Virus record (IMG/VR): IMGVR_UViG_3300033149_002633
Coordinates: 1-64,000 of that record
Reading direction: 5' to 3' (one strand)
Length of the DNA stretch: 64,000 nucleotides
DNA from: a virus
The notes beneath the pieces were generated by a model. It saw only the letters and a program-made list of their open reading frames with translations, ran no database searches and was not told the origin of the DNA. Positions 1 to 9,100 of the stretch are shown piece by piece (the first letter of the stretch is position 1; each line of letters begins with the position of its first letter). The position numbers and the translations under genes were made by a program.

Positions 1-803
1 TCTTCAATATCTATAAGATGTTCAGTAGTTATATATTCCACTTTACTAAATGTTATTCTATGTATTCTGCATTGGTGCTTATAAAATAATTCTCTATCTT
101 TGATGTTATGTACCCAGAGTTTCATTCTGATTGGTCTTCCAAGCCTAATCGTTATAGTAACTAATTTTATACTGTAATTATCATCAAATTTTATTATCTT
201 GTGAGCTCTTTTTACAAGATGTTCTAAAGCGGATTTCAGATATTTGTCTTTCTCTACATCTTCAAAGGTTATCCCATCATTGAATACTATTTCTTCGTAG
301 TTCTTAAAATCTTCAAAGTCAAAATCATTTGAAAACCAATAGAACTTCCTCTCATATCGTGGTTCATCAAAAAAGTTAAAGATTTCCCATTTTGCAACTG
401 ATTTATGACTTCCTACTATCAAATAACAGCTTTCTGCTCTTCCACTGTCCGTAAATCTCAACATTGTTTCAGCTAATCTCAAATTTCTGATAGGTTCTTG
501 TTGTGTTTCAGCATTTAGCATATAGTCAGCAAATTTGAACAAATCAACAATTAGAATATCGTCACTCATATAGAACCAATCAACAAATACCTTATCGTGT
601 TTTCTTCTAGCTATGAAATCTACAGCTTCAGTCTTTGAACAAGTCCAGAGTTCGAAATTTATTTCTTCAAGTTTATAGTTATATTCTTCTGCATATCTTT
701 CAGCGTCTCTTCTCATATCAGCAACAGTACTATCAATACTATAATGCATATAATGTCCTTGAGCGTTATTATATGCGTCTGAACTCATTCGTAATTGTAT
801 CAT
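1..803 (-). CDS. Hypothetical protein, runs off window start (not in ORF track)
   Basis: ATG at 803 overlaps the upstream stop; frame is open to base 1 (MIQLRMSSDAYNNAQGHY...). Confidence 0.8.
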   Translation of the reverse strand, partial: MIQLRMSSDAYNNAQGHYMHYSIDSTVADMRRDAERYAEEYNYKLEEINFELWTCSKTEAVDFIARRKHDKVFVDWFYMSDDILIVDLFKFADYMLNAETQQEPIRNLRLAETMLRFTDSGRAESCYLIVGSHKSVAKWEIFNFFDEPRYERKFYWFSNDFDFEDFKNYEEIVFNDGITFEDVEKDKYLKSALEHLVKRAHKIIKFDDNYSIKLVTITIRLGRPIRMKLWVHNIKDRELFYKHQCRIHRITFSKVEYITTEHLIDIE

Positions 804-1087
804 TATTCCACCACCTCATCTGCTAATGTTTTCGCTCTCATCAGTTCATCTACTTCCCAAATTAGCTGTTGTACCTCTCTCGCTATCTCTCCAGCGTGAG
901 TATATCTATAATCGTCTGCTTCCATCGAAGAGACGAGTATATCTCCAGCCCCGATAGGTTCAGCTACTATATGGTCGTAATCTTTGTCGTAATAGATATT
1001 GTACCAATATCCGCGCATTCTGGTCTTTGCTGTTTTACCAGATAGAATTTTTTCTAAAATCTTATTGATTGTCCTCTTCTGTACCAT
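803..1087 (-). CDS. Hypothetical early protein
   Basis: Coupled within a minus-strand operon. Confidence 0.7.
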   Translation of the reverse strand: MVQKRTINKILEKILSGKTAKTRMRGYWYNIYYDKDYDHIVAEPIGAGDILVSSMEADDYRYTHAGEIAREVQQLIWEVDELMRAKTLADEVVE

Positions 1088-1346
1088 TTTTAATCACATC
1101 CATTACTTCATTATATATTTTCTCAAGAGCACTTATCTCAAGTGCTTCAGCATTTACATAATTTCTTTTGTCGTTTGCTTTCACATATAGTTCAACTTTG
1201 ACAAATTCATCACTATCATCATATCTTGTGTATATAGTTCTCACGACAAAAGTTCTCGTTTTCACTTCTGCATCTTTCTCGCCATATTCTTTTTCTAATG
1301 CGAGAATTATTTTCCATTTTGCATTTAGTCTTTCTATTATATTCAT
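1062..1346 (-). CDS. Hypothetical early protein
   Basis: GGTGATACCA-ATG start at 1346; TATA at 1391-1405. Confidence 0.75.
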   Translation of the reverse strand: MNIIERLNAKWKIILALEKEYGEKDAEVKTRTFVVRTIYTRYDDSDEFVKVELYVKANDKRNYVNAEALEISALEKIYNEVMDVIKNGTEEDNQ

Positions 1347-1390
1347 TGGTATCACCGTTTTGTTATCTACATTACATACACTACATACAC

Positions 1391-1405
1391 TATTTAAAGG
1401 TTTTG
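1391..1405 (-). promoter_or_regulatory. Archaeal BRE-TATA promoter
   Basis: caaaacctttaaata on minus strand upstream of a GGTGA RBS. Confidence 0.7.
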
Positions 1406-1519
1406 TTTTATTTCGGATTTTCGGAGAAAATCCGTCATGACATTACTTAACCGAAAAACCGAATTTTGAAAAATTTCGAAATGTTAAAAAAGAAGAAAAA
1501 GAAATAGAGTATAATGAAT

Positions 1520-2179
1520 TCATTCATAGACTACTACAAAACGAGTATCTTTATGTTCTCTCACGAATTTGAGCAGTTTGTATATCAATTGTATATCTCT
1601 TTCTCCTTCAAACTCGTTATAGCTCTTTACAAATTCAGTATAATTTTTGTAGAATTCCTTAAGATTATCCTCATTTATCTCGCATAACATAAGATGATAA
1701 ATGTCTGATGGGAAATCTTGTCCTTGAAAAAGATAGTAAAAGTTAAACTTGTCACAATCTTCAATGTATTCTTTCCAGCTCTCTACAATGTCATAACATC
1801 TTACGTATTTTTCTGGAACCACAAAATCTGTCATATCCTCATAGAACCCTTGTTCTAATGCTACTTGATACACTTCTTCATCTATCTTTTCTTTCAAATA
1901 GTCAGTTGGTAATAGCAGTTTTTCTATATCCAACTCAAATAAGAGGAACTTGTAAATCAAATCTTCTATCTCGTGACCGAATGCTATGTAGTGCTCATCT
2001 GGTTCTTCATCTAAATCAGTAAAATCGCTGAAATACAAGTAATCGAACTTCTCCACTACCCAATATTTCCAGAAATTATACCAGCTATCATATCTCGCAT
2101 AAGAAGGGAAAAGAGGGACATTTGTTTTGAACTTTATTTCCCCTTTCAAATCGTCTAAACTGTATAGTGTTAGTCTCAT
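1520..2179 (-). CDS. Acidic hypothetical protein
   Basis: 219 aa ORF, ATGA-coupled to the upstream gene, followed by an oligo-T tract. Confidence 0.8.
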   Translation of the reverse strand: MRLTLYSLDDLKGEIKFKTNVPLFPSYARYDSWYNFWKYWVVEKFDYLYFSDFTDLDEEPDEHYIAFGHEIEDLIYKFLLFELDIEKLLLPTDYLKEKIDEEVYQVALEQGFYEDMTDFVVPEKYVRCYDIVESWKEYIEDCDKFNFYYLFQGQDFPSDIYHLMLCEINEDNLKEFYKNYTEFVKSYNEFEGERDIQLIYKLLKFVREHKDTRFVVVYE

Positions 2180-2328
2180 TCTTCTTCCTCCTCTTCCTCT
2201 TCTTCAAACTCGCATTCGCAGTAGGCTGGTGCATCTGCCCACTCTGGTAGATAATATGTCCTTCCACATTCTGTACATTTCCATATTACATCCTCCCCAT
2301 CTGGATTTTTTACTATTTTGAATGGCAT
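2176..2328 (-). CDS. 50-aa Zn-ribbon microprotein with poly-Glu tail (not in ORF track)
   Basis: AGGTGATACCAA-ATG; MPFKIVKNPDGEDVIWKCTECGRTYYLPEWADAPAYCECEF followed by 9 Glu; stop overlaps the next ATG. Confidence 0.85.
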   Translation of the reverse strand: MPFKIVKNPDGEDVIWKCTECGRTYYLPEWADAPAYCECEFEEEEEEEEE

Positions 2329-2360
2329 TTGGTATCACCTACTTACACTACTCGCAGATG

Positions 2361-2376
2361 TTTTTAAACCTTTCGA
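2361..2376 (-). promoter_or_regulatory. Archaeal BRE-TATA promoter
   Basis: tcgaaaggtttaaaaa on minus strand. Confidence 0.8.
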
Positions 2377-2379
2377 TAT

Positions 2380-3250
2380 TTTTCGGTTATTCGGTAATAA
2401 TACTGCAAATAGTGTAAATAAGGCTCGAAACTTTAAAATAAGTGGAAAATAAATGGTAAAACGGTGCTTTTTTCTTCATTTTTTGCACCTTAACTCTTCC
2501 TCCTTGCCCGAGGGGTTCAGAAAATGGAGGGGAGAGGGATTATCTCTCCGCTTAAGATGTAAGATGGTGGATGAGTAGTCCTAACCTCCGTTTTTGCCAG
2601 AATGAAGAGAAATGGCAGTTTTTGGGGTTTAGAAAGGCTCTAACTTCCGTTTCTGCGTTCTCGCCAATATTTTTTGCCGTTTAGGGTCGCCTACTCTTAG
2701 TTCATGACTGGGGATTGTGTGATGCCGATACAAATTGTGGGGGATTGGTTCTTATTTTCTTCTCTCTGCCTCTCTGGTCGCATTTTTTAAATTTTGCTTT
2801 CAAATTCTGCTTTCTCCCAGCCTCTTTTTATCAAATTTGCCACCTTTAAAATTCTGCAGTTAGAGGCTCTCAGACTGCAGTTTATGCTATACACGTAAAT
2901 GTAATACTTTGCTCCTCCCAGCAAAATTCAAGAACCAATTTAAACCTTTCGAACATCTCTTCTTTGCTTAACGACCCCCGTAACGAATTTGTCGGTATCT
3001 GTAATACGATAGGTAAAACGAAATTTGTAATACGTTCTTCTCCCTTTTCTATAATATAAAAGGGACTGAAACGTATTACAACGACCTTGTATTACAAAAT
3101 CCAAAACTCAAAGAAAAGGAAGGGAGAAAGGCAGAGGGTGGAAAAGAGGAAAAAAGACTTCCAGTGGAAATGGGGGTGAAAAAGCTATAGGGGGTCTATA
3201 TAGGGGGGTTGAAAACTTAAAAAATTAAAGTGAATATAAAAAGGAAAGTT
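2380..3250. other. Long non-coding region with repeats and hairpins; candidate origin or packaging region
   Basis: No credible ORF; nested inverted repeat 3025-3081; repeated GTAATAC and AAATTyTGC words; G-runs near 3190-3208. Confidence 0.5.
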
Positions 3251-3257
3251 AAAAAAA

Positions 3258-3932
3258 TTAAGTGAAAGGCTTAAGAATAGATTGAAGAATAGAAGAAGCA
3301 CGAGAGACAAGAGGAAGAGGAACAAGAATAGAAACGTTAGAAGCAAAAACGTTACTGGTAGGAAGACGGACAAAAGCAAAAGTAAGACCCTCCTCAGCCA
3401 TACGCTCACGAAAACGGTCAAGAACAATCTTGTTCTCCTCCTCAGTAAGAACACCACGAAGACGAGCTTCGTGACGAGAAATACCGTAGAGAAATTGAAG
3501 ACATTCAATCTCCTTAGATTTCTCAAGACCCCTAAAATTGTAGTAGCCACGCCAACCACAACTGATGTACTTAGTGTGAGAAATGATGTCTAAAAGAAAA
3601 GAAGCATCATCATCAGAGAGAGAATTAATATTATCCACACAAAACTCGTCAAAAGTGCTGTCAAAGTAGATGAAAGGATTGTCGTAAAGAATGAAAGAAG
3701 TAAGTTTGCCGTTCTTATAAAAAGCAAGGTTACAAGCATCAGAAAGGTTGTAGTAACAAGTAAGACAAATCTGAGCGTAAGAACCATCAACGGTATTGAC
3801 CTCGAACATCTCTTCAGTGTCACCCTTATAATCAACCCATTCTTCTAAATCATTGTTCCAAATATATTCATCACCACATTGAGGACAAGTATAGGTAATC
3901 TTATCATTGTTTTCGCTATTGTCATTACTCAT
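3258..3932 (-). CDS. Zn-ribbon-containing hypothetical protein
   Basis: GAGGAGGT RBS before ATG 3932; CPQC...CLTC. Confidence 0.75.
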   Translation of the reverse strand: MSNDNSENNDKITYTCPQCGDEYIWNNDLEEWVDYKGDTEEMFEVNTVDGSYAQICLTCYYNLSDACNLAFYKNGKLTSFILYDNPFIYFDSTFDEFCVDNINSLSDDDASFLLDIISHTKYISCGWRGYYNFRGLEKSKEIECLQFLYGISRHEARLRGVLTEEENKIVLDRFRERMAEEGLTFAFVRLPTSNVFASNVSILVPLPLVSRASSILQSILKPFT

Positions 3933-4344
3933 TGATGATAACCTCCTCAGTGACAGAAGAGATAGAACGAGACTTCTTCTTTCTCTTTCTCCTCCTAAGC
4001 TGGTGGAAACGATTGAGCCTAATCCACATAAAGCCGTATTTAACTCGAAAAGTAGCACGTGTAGGGTCATAATCCTCTAACCACTCACGATAACCATCGA
4101 CATAGGCTTCAATAACGTGAGCTGGAATAACTTTAACTCCCAGACCTCGAAGGTACTGAAAAGCGTTAAGTTCGCTAATGCGATTGAAACGTCTTTCAAA
4201 CTCTTCAATTTGCTCTCTCTTGAGCTTTCTGTCAATCAGAAAGGTGCCATAAATGACACTGGTGGTCTGGTGCATCTCTCTAAGCCTTAGAACATAGACT
4301 TTCTCAAACTCTTGTTCTTCAATTTCTTCAATTTGTACATTCAT
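3925..4344 (-). CDS. Hypothetical protein with basic C-terminal patch
   Basis: GAGGAGG RBS before ATG 4344; RRRKRKKKSR. Confidence 0.7.
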   Translation of the reverse strand: MNVQIEEIEEQEFEKVYVLRLREMHQTTSVIYGTFLIDRKLKREQIEEFERRFNRISELNAFQYLRGLGVKVIPAHVIEAYVDGYREWLEDYDPTRATFRVKYGFMWIRLNRFHQLRRRKRKKKSRSISSVTEEVIINE

Positions 4345-4546
4345 TGTTTTTTTCCTCCTCTGGAATTGAAACTGAGACCTTTTTCTTTGAAAAAGACCCC
4401 AGATATGTATCTGCATAAATGATTTCGTTAGGATTGAAAGAAATATATCTCTTTTCTTCACAACTGGTACAAGCGAGTGTAACAGAAAGAAGGGTAAGAG
4501 AATGAAAACTATCTACTATAACCCAATTGTGTGTCCTCTCACTCAT
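4328..4546 (-). CDS. Small hypothetical protein (H...CxxC)
   Basis: GGTGA RBS before ATG 4546. Confidence 0.65.
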   Translation of the reverse strand: MSERTHNWVIVDSFHSLTLLSVTLACTSCEEKRYISFNPNEIIYADTYLGSFSKKKVSVSIPEEEKNNECTN

Positions 4547-4817
4547 TCTTCTCACCTTCTTCTTGCTTTCCTTCAGCCATTTCGACAAGCTTCTTTAGAC
4601 CAATGTAGAAGGGAGGAACTTCGAATTCCTCTTCTCCTAAAATCTCTTTTCTGCCAATATATTCATAGAAATCGATAATACAGAAACTTAGATAAGCTGT
4701 ATCGACCAGAGTGAATTTATCATAGTTCTCGACTATGAGCTCCAACTCTTTCTTTATTCGCTCTCTTACTGGCAATCTTTTTATCTCTTCAACTCTACCA
4801 GTTATTTTCTTCATCAT
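4539..4817 (-). CDS. Hypothetical protein
   Basis: Overlap-coupled ORF in operon. Confidence 0.7.
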   Translation of the reverse strand: MMKKITGRVEEIKRLPVRERIKKELELIVENYDKFTLVDTAYLSFCIIDFYEYIGRKEILGEEEFEVPPFYIGLKKLVEMAEGKQEEGEKNE

Positions 4818-5088
4818 CTAAATCATCCTCCTCATCTTCTATTTCTCTTATCTGAGTAGCAATAGATTTAACGAACATTTGCATACATTCTGGTTTGTTG
4901 CAAATGAACTCTTCTTCAAGATATCCTTCTGGATAACCATCTGGAATGAAGTGAAAGACAGCTGGTTGTCCGCAGTAGTTACACATAGGTCTATCTTCTT
5001 CAGACCACTCGCTACCTACTTCGATTTCCTCACGAAAGCTTCCATAATCGATACCTCTCGTGACTTTTGAGGTGTATTTTTTACCCAT
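4795..5088 (-). CDS. Zn-finger protein with acidic tail
   Basis: CNYC...CNKPEC; GGTGATACCAAA-ATG; promoter at 5121-5136. Confidence 0.8.
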   Translation of the reverse strand: MGKKYTSKVTRGIDYGSFREEIEVGSEWSEEDRPMCNYCGQPAVFHFIPDGYPEGYLEEEFICNKPECMQMFVKSIATQIREIEDEEDDLDDEENNW

Positions 5089-5120
5089 TTTGGTATCACC
5101 AAACTATTTTTATCGACAAC

Positions 5121-5136
5121 ATATTTAAAGGTTTCG
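5121..5136 (-). promoter_or_regulatory. Archaeal BRE-TATA promoter
   Basis: cgaaacctttaaatat, directly downstream of the oligo-T terminator of the previous gene. Confidence 0.8.
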
Positions 5137-5156
5137 AAAAAAAGAGGAAAAAAGGA

Positions 5157-7055
5157 TTAAAAAAGACGATAAAATTCAGTAGCCCAGAGAATATTGTTTT
5201 CATCAATGAAATATTGATATTTGATAGTCGAAGAAACAGTAGTAAGAACAACTTCGTTCCATTGTTGTTCAGTGAGATACTCACGAGAACAACGTAAGAT
5301 GTGACTGTTATTAAGTTCAAAGACGAAGATGGTATTATCATCAACTACATAAGAGCCAATGTTCTTAACTTCTGCGATTGTGTAATCATCACCCACATTA
5401 GTATTGTTGCTAAACATAGACTTGAACTCCAATCTTGTTTCTCTGACTACCTCACTCGCACTCATACCTTCTGCTTCAGTCATAGCGACCATATTAGTGT
5501 CCTTAGCATCGATGATACAGAAATATGACAATCTGTATAGTTCTCCATTTGTCCAATAGACTGGGATGTAATATGCCAATCTGTAACCTACAGCAGTCTC
5601 GATAGTGTAAAGAATAGGCATACCAGCATTGTAAGAGCCTCCACTGGGAGAGACAATCATCCCTTCTGCTATTCGTTCAACAGTGTCAGTAGAGATTAAG
5701 CCAAAATCTCGTAAATCATAGTAAGTCATATGACCAGTTCTATCAACCTTGAAAAGTCCAAAAAGAGACTTAGAAGAGGAAAGGAGACCAGTTCTCGGAA
5801 TGGTTGGTAAGACTGCTATAACTTCACTTCTATTATCTGGATTTACTATGTAGCGTAAGTCTTCGACCCATTCAAATCTATCTTGAGAAGCTCTTCTAAA
5901 CAAACCCCAACCAGCCCAAAAACTGATATTGGTGTCGTAACGTGTGTCACGTTTTTTTCCCCATCTATCTACCATTCTCTCAATTAGTTTTTCAGAATAG
6001 ACTTGTATCACATAGTCTGGCAAATGGTCATATTCATCGAGGGAATAAGATTTGAGTAGAGACCCATCTGAGACATCAATGATATCTATACCATCTGCAT
6101 ACCATCTACCCCAAACATCTTTAGTAGTCTTAGTACATACATAGACCCATTTCTTCAACTCATTGTCCCAAGCTGGATAATTGCGAGTATAAGTATATTC
6201 TCCTTCTCCAGACCATACATGAGTGTTGTCACGTCTAAAGTTGAGAACGTTAAGTCTGTGATTATACCAGAGATTGTCTGCATAATTAAAATCTTTAACT
6301 TTAATCACGATAGGCTCAGCGTTAGGATTGTTTGTATTGACGAGGATAATACCCACGATTTTATTATTTCTTTCTGGTATTCTGGTCTCGTAACGATATA
6401 AAAGTAACCAATACAAAGTCCCATTTATCTTTACAACGTTCATGTCTGCAATCTGGAGATGGCTCCCAAATACAGACGAATGTTGTTTTGCTATACTAAT
6501 AGCAAAATCCTTAGTAACTAAGCGAATGTCCGTATCCAATGCTTCGTTATTGAAAGGTAACTCCCCAGTTACGTAATCTATGTTCTCATCTACCCAATAA
6601 GCCATATCCATATGCATATTAGCCAAAATAATAGGAACACCAATTATTAAGAATAGGAGAGACAGCACAGTTAATATACCTAATATCCAGTCAGAAAATA
6701 AAATTATAGATTTATGGAGTTTGTCTTCTTGATTGACTAACACAGAAAATGAAATAATGATATTAATAGGGAATAATATCGTAGTCCATTGCCAAGCCAT
6801 ATTTAACATCATTCTTGTCCAGAACACAAATCCCCAGCATAGAAAGATTATTGGTATCGATAGAATAATACAGAGGATTAGAGGAGTAAAATCATAAGAG
6901 AATTCATAGTAATATTTTTTCTTTTTCTTTTTCTTTTTCTCCTTGTCAGTATAACTATGGTTATACTCTTTTTCAACATTCAATCCCAGCACGAAAGCTA
7001 GGAATATATAAGGCAAAAATGCCAATAAAAAAACAAATACACTACTTGCATACAC
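5157..7055 (-). CDS. Large membrane-anchored protein (about 4 N-terminal TM helices, beta-rich extramembrane domain)
   Basis: 632 aa; GGTGA RBS before GTG; hydrophobic N-terminal segments. Confidence 0.8.
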   Translation of the reverse strand: MYASSVFVFLLAFLPYIFLAFVLGLNVEKEYNHSYTDKEKKKKKKKKYYYEFSYDFTPLILCIILSIPIIFLCWGFVFWTRMMLNMAWQWTTILFPINIIISFSVLVNQEDKLHKSIILFSDWILGILTVLSLLFLIIGVPIILANMHMDMAYWVDENIDYVTGELPFNNEALDTDIRLVTKDFAISIAKQHSSVFGSHLQIADMNVVKINGTLYWLLLYRYETRIPERNNKIVGIILVNTNNPNAEPIVIKVKDFNYADNLWYNHRLNVLNFRRDNTHVWSGEGEYTYTRNYPAWDNELKKWVYVCTKTTKDVWGRWYADGIDIIDVSDGSLLKSYSLDEYDHLPDYVIQVYSEKLIERMVDRWGKKRDTRYDTNISFWAGWGLFRRASQDRFEWVEDLRYIVNPDNRSEVIAVLPTIPRTGLLSSSKSLFGLFKVDRTGHMTYYDLRDFGLISTDTVERIAEGMIVSPSGGSYNAGMPILYTIETAVGYRLAYYIPVYWTNGELYRLSYFCIIDAKDTNMVAMTEAEGMSASEVVRETRLEFKSMFSNNTNVGDDYTIAEVKNIGSYVVDDNTIFVFELNNSHILRCSREYLTEQQWNEVVLTTVSSTIKYQYFIDENNILWATEFYRLF

Positions 7056-7066
7056 TTTTTATCACC

Positions 7067-7276
7067 TTATAAAAATTCTGTTATATCTTCTACATTTTCG
7101 ATTATTTCTGAGATTTCTTGTAGAGCATCAGAAAAGTCCTTAATAGTATAGTCGCAAAATGGGTTAAATCGATTGAGAACACTACGGATTTGATTTATCT
7201 TAATCTTATAATCCGTTATTTCTCCTTGAAGCATTTTAATAATATTATTCATCTTTATCGTCCCAGTTATAAACAA
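7067..7276 (-). CDS. Hypothetical protein
   Basis: Fills operon gap; start uncertain. Confidence 0.6.
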   Translation of the reverse strand: MFITGTIKMNNIIKMLQGEITDYKIKINQIRSVLNRFNPFCDYTIKDFSDALQEISEIIENVEDITEFL

Positions 7277-7562
7277 TAGATAATTCCATTTCTAATCTTA
7301 TAGAGCGTAATACAGTATGTAGTTTAGAAGATAATTTATCACCGATTTTACTTATTCTTTTTTCAATCTCTGATATCTCATCGAAATTTACAGAAGTTCC
7401 GAAGTCTATAAGTATAGAAAATTCGTATATATCTTTATCATCAAACTCATCATTTATATTTTTGAGAGTAACATTTAGTCTAGTTATCCAGACATTTACT
7501 TCATCTACTATTTTGAGTATTTCATCAGTTATAGTTCTTATATTTATATTTATTTCTTCCAT
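7245..7562 (-). CDS. Hypothetical protein
   Basis: GGTGATACA-ATG at 7562. Confidence 0.7.
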   Translation of the reverse strand: MEEININIRTITDEILKIVDEVNVWITRLNVTLKNINDEFDDKDIYEFSILIDFGTSVNFDEISEIEKRISKIGDKLSSKLHTVLRSIRLEMELSIVYNWDDKDE

Positions 7563-7629
7563 TGTATCACCTTCAATTTTTTTCTTTTCGCTGGTAGAAC
7601 ACATCCAGCCAGCTTAAAAAAGAAAAAAG

Positions 7630-7824
7630 TTACCCTACCATTCTAACTTCTATATATGAGGTATTGGTTTTCTTATCTTTTAAAGTTCTGACTGATATTT
7701 TTACCTCTGGATACATCTCCTTCATTTCTTGTTTGACTTTTTTAGCTATCTCCAGAGCAATTTTATGATTAACAAAACCATAAAATCTTACAGTCTCATT
7801 GTCTATCTCTTGCATTTCTACCAT
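7630..7824 (-). CDS. Small protein resembling the LPD29 domain
   Basis: GAGGTGA RBS; AKKVKQEMKEMYPEVKISVRT...SYIEV pattern. Confidence 0.55.
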   Translation of the reverse strand: MVEMQEIDNETVRFYGFVNHKIALEIAKKVKQEMKEMYPEVKISVRTLKDKKTNTSYIEVRMVG

Positions 7825-7845
7825 TTTATCACCTCGAAATTAGGC

Positions 7846-7930
7846 TCAAAAACGAACGTAGAAGCACGATAATTTTTCGAATATAATATATATCCGAATG
7901 GAAAAATCGTCTCACTACATTCGTTTTTGA
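7846..7930 (-). repeat. Long imperfect inverted repeat / RNA hairpin
   Basis: tcaaaaacgaacgtag...ctacattcgtttttga (15/16) with nested inner stems. Confidence 0.75.
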
Positions 7931-7959
7931 TACCTTATCTTTGATTTTTGACAATAGTC

Positions 7960-8241
7960 TCACCCCGAAAAACAAATCTCGATAAAATCTTTTTCTTTGA
8001 ATTTTAAGACTTCAACAACAGTCATAGGGAAAGAAAGTCTAAGAGAGTTAAGGAAGCTAGAATGATACATCTTATCACTCTTCTTTTTCTTTTTATCAGT
8101 ATAGATTAGAATAAGGTAATCGTTTTTGTTAGAAAAAATGGTATAGTAGATAATATTGGGATAAGATGAATATAGGTTAGCTATAATACCATCAAGATAA
8201 GCCTTAGTTTTGTTATAGTTCAAAATACGAATAAGATACAT
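7960..8241 (-). CDS. Hypothetical protein
   Basis: TAATG coupling to upstream gene. Confidence 0.65.
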   Translation of the reverse strand: MYLIRILNYNKTKAYLDGIIANLYSSYPNIIYYTIFSNKNDYLILIYTDKKKKKSDKMYHSSFLNSLRLSFPMTVVEVLKFKEKDFIEICFSG

Positions 8242-8456
8242 TAATATCGACCTTCCTCTCCTTCTTCATTACGCTTGTAGAAACAGTCTTCGTGATAATA
8301 GTAAGTTGTCCCAAAATAAACAGCATCGTAAGTATCTGGTATTTCCATCTTTCTTTCTCCTTCACCGATATAATCATATTTTACTATCCATTCGTAACAG
8401 ATTAAAGCTTCTTCTCCTTCCTCTAATTCCTCTCCGCATCTACGACATTCTACCAT
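8241..8456 (-). CDS. Zn-finger protein (CxxC...HxxC)
   Basis: CRRC...YHEDC; GGAGG RBS. Confidence 0.75.
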   Translation of the reverse strand: MVECRRCGEELEEGEEALICYEWIVKYDYIGEGERKMEIPDTYDAVYFGTTYYYHEDCFYKRNEEGEEGRY

Positions 8457-8458
8457 TT

Positions 8459-8674
8459 TTATTCCTCCTTTTTCTCGTCTTCTTCTTTTTTTGGATTAAA
8501 GAGTGTTTTCAGTTCTCCTCTTAAACATCTATTACATCTGTATTGGAGCTTCTCTGCACACTTAGGACAGAAATTAACATATCTACAGACGGGACAGTTA
8601 TAAATTTCATTAGGCTTGATGTATGTAAAACATTCATCACATTGTGTCATATTTATACCCATTGATGTCATCAC
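8459..8674 (-). CDS. Eight-cysteine double Zn-finger (RING-like) protein
   Basis: CDEC-x11-CPVC-x5-CPKC-x7-CNRC. Confidence 0.7.
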   Translation of the reverse strand: MMTSMGINMTQCDECFTYIKPNEIYNCPVCRYVNFCPKCAEKLQYRCNRCLRGELKTLFNPKKEEDEKKEE

Positions 8675-8680
8675 TTTTCA

Positions 8681-9091
8681 TCACCTATAAATCTCAAATT
8701 TTACAAGCTTTTCATAATCATCCCCAAGAATTTCTCTGAAAGCTTTCTCTGTATTACATTCAATGATGTTATCACTATCTGGGTCGAATTCAGCTTCAAA
8801 TACCACCTCATAGACATTCATATACATTCCATAATATTCTATAGTTGTCCATCTTCCATCAAATACTACATCATCAGTTTCAAAGTAACAAGTCCCATCG
8901 ATATAAAATTCGGTTTTCTTCTGAATTCCTTTCATTAATTTGTACAGTTGTGTATTAGACCTACACAATTCATTATATGAATAATACAAGTTTTTATCAT
9001 CTTCGTTTTTGAAGAATACTGCAATGTCTAATAACTTCTCTTGGATATCGAGAAGTGTTTTTCTAACAATTTCTGCTTCTTCATAGTCCAT
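8681..9091 (-). CDS. Hypothetical protein
   Basis: GGTGA RBS; operon position. Confidence 0.75.
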   Translation of the reverse strand: MDYEEAEIVRKTLLDIQEKLLDIAVFFKNEDDKNLYYSYNELCRSNTQLYKLMKGIQKKTEFYIDGTCYFETDDVVFDGRWTTIEYYGMYMNVYEVVFEAEFDPDSDNIIECNTEKAFREILGDDYEKLVKFEIYR

Positions 9092-9100
9092 TTATATCAC

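Noticed and set aside
2453-2578. 41-codon plus-strand ORF after the 2426 promoter-like site
   Set aside because: ATG too close to the TATA, interrupted by a T-rich hairpin, and no protein-like features
3185-3835. ORFs 3185-3559 (-), 3282-3593 (+) and 3590-3835 (-)
   Set aside because: Alternate-frame or antisense shadows of the RBS-supported gene 3258-3932
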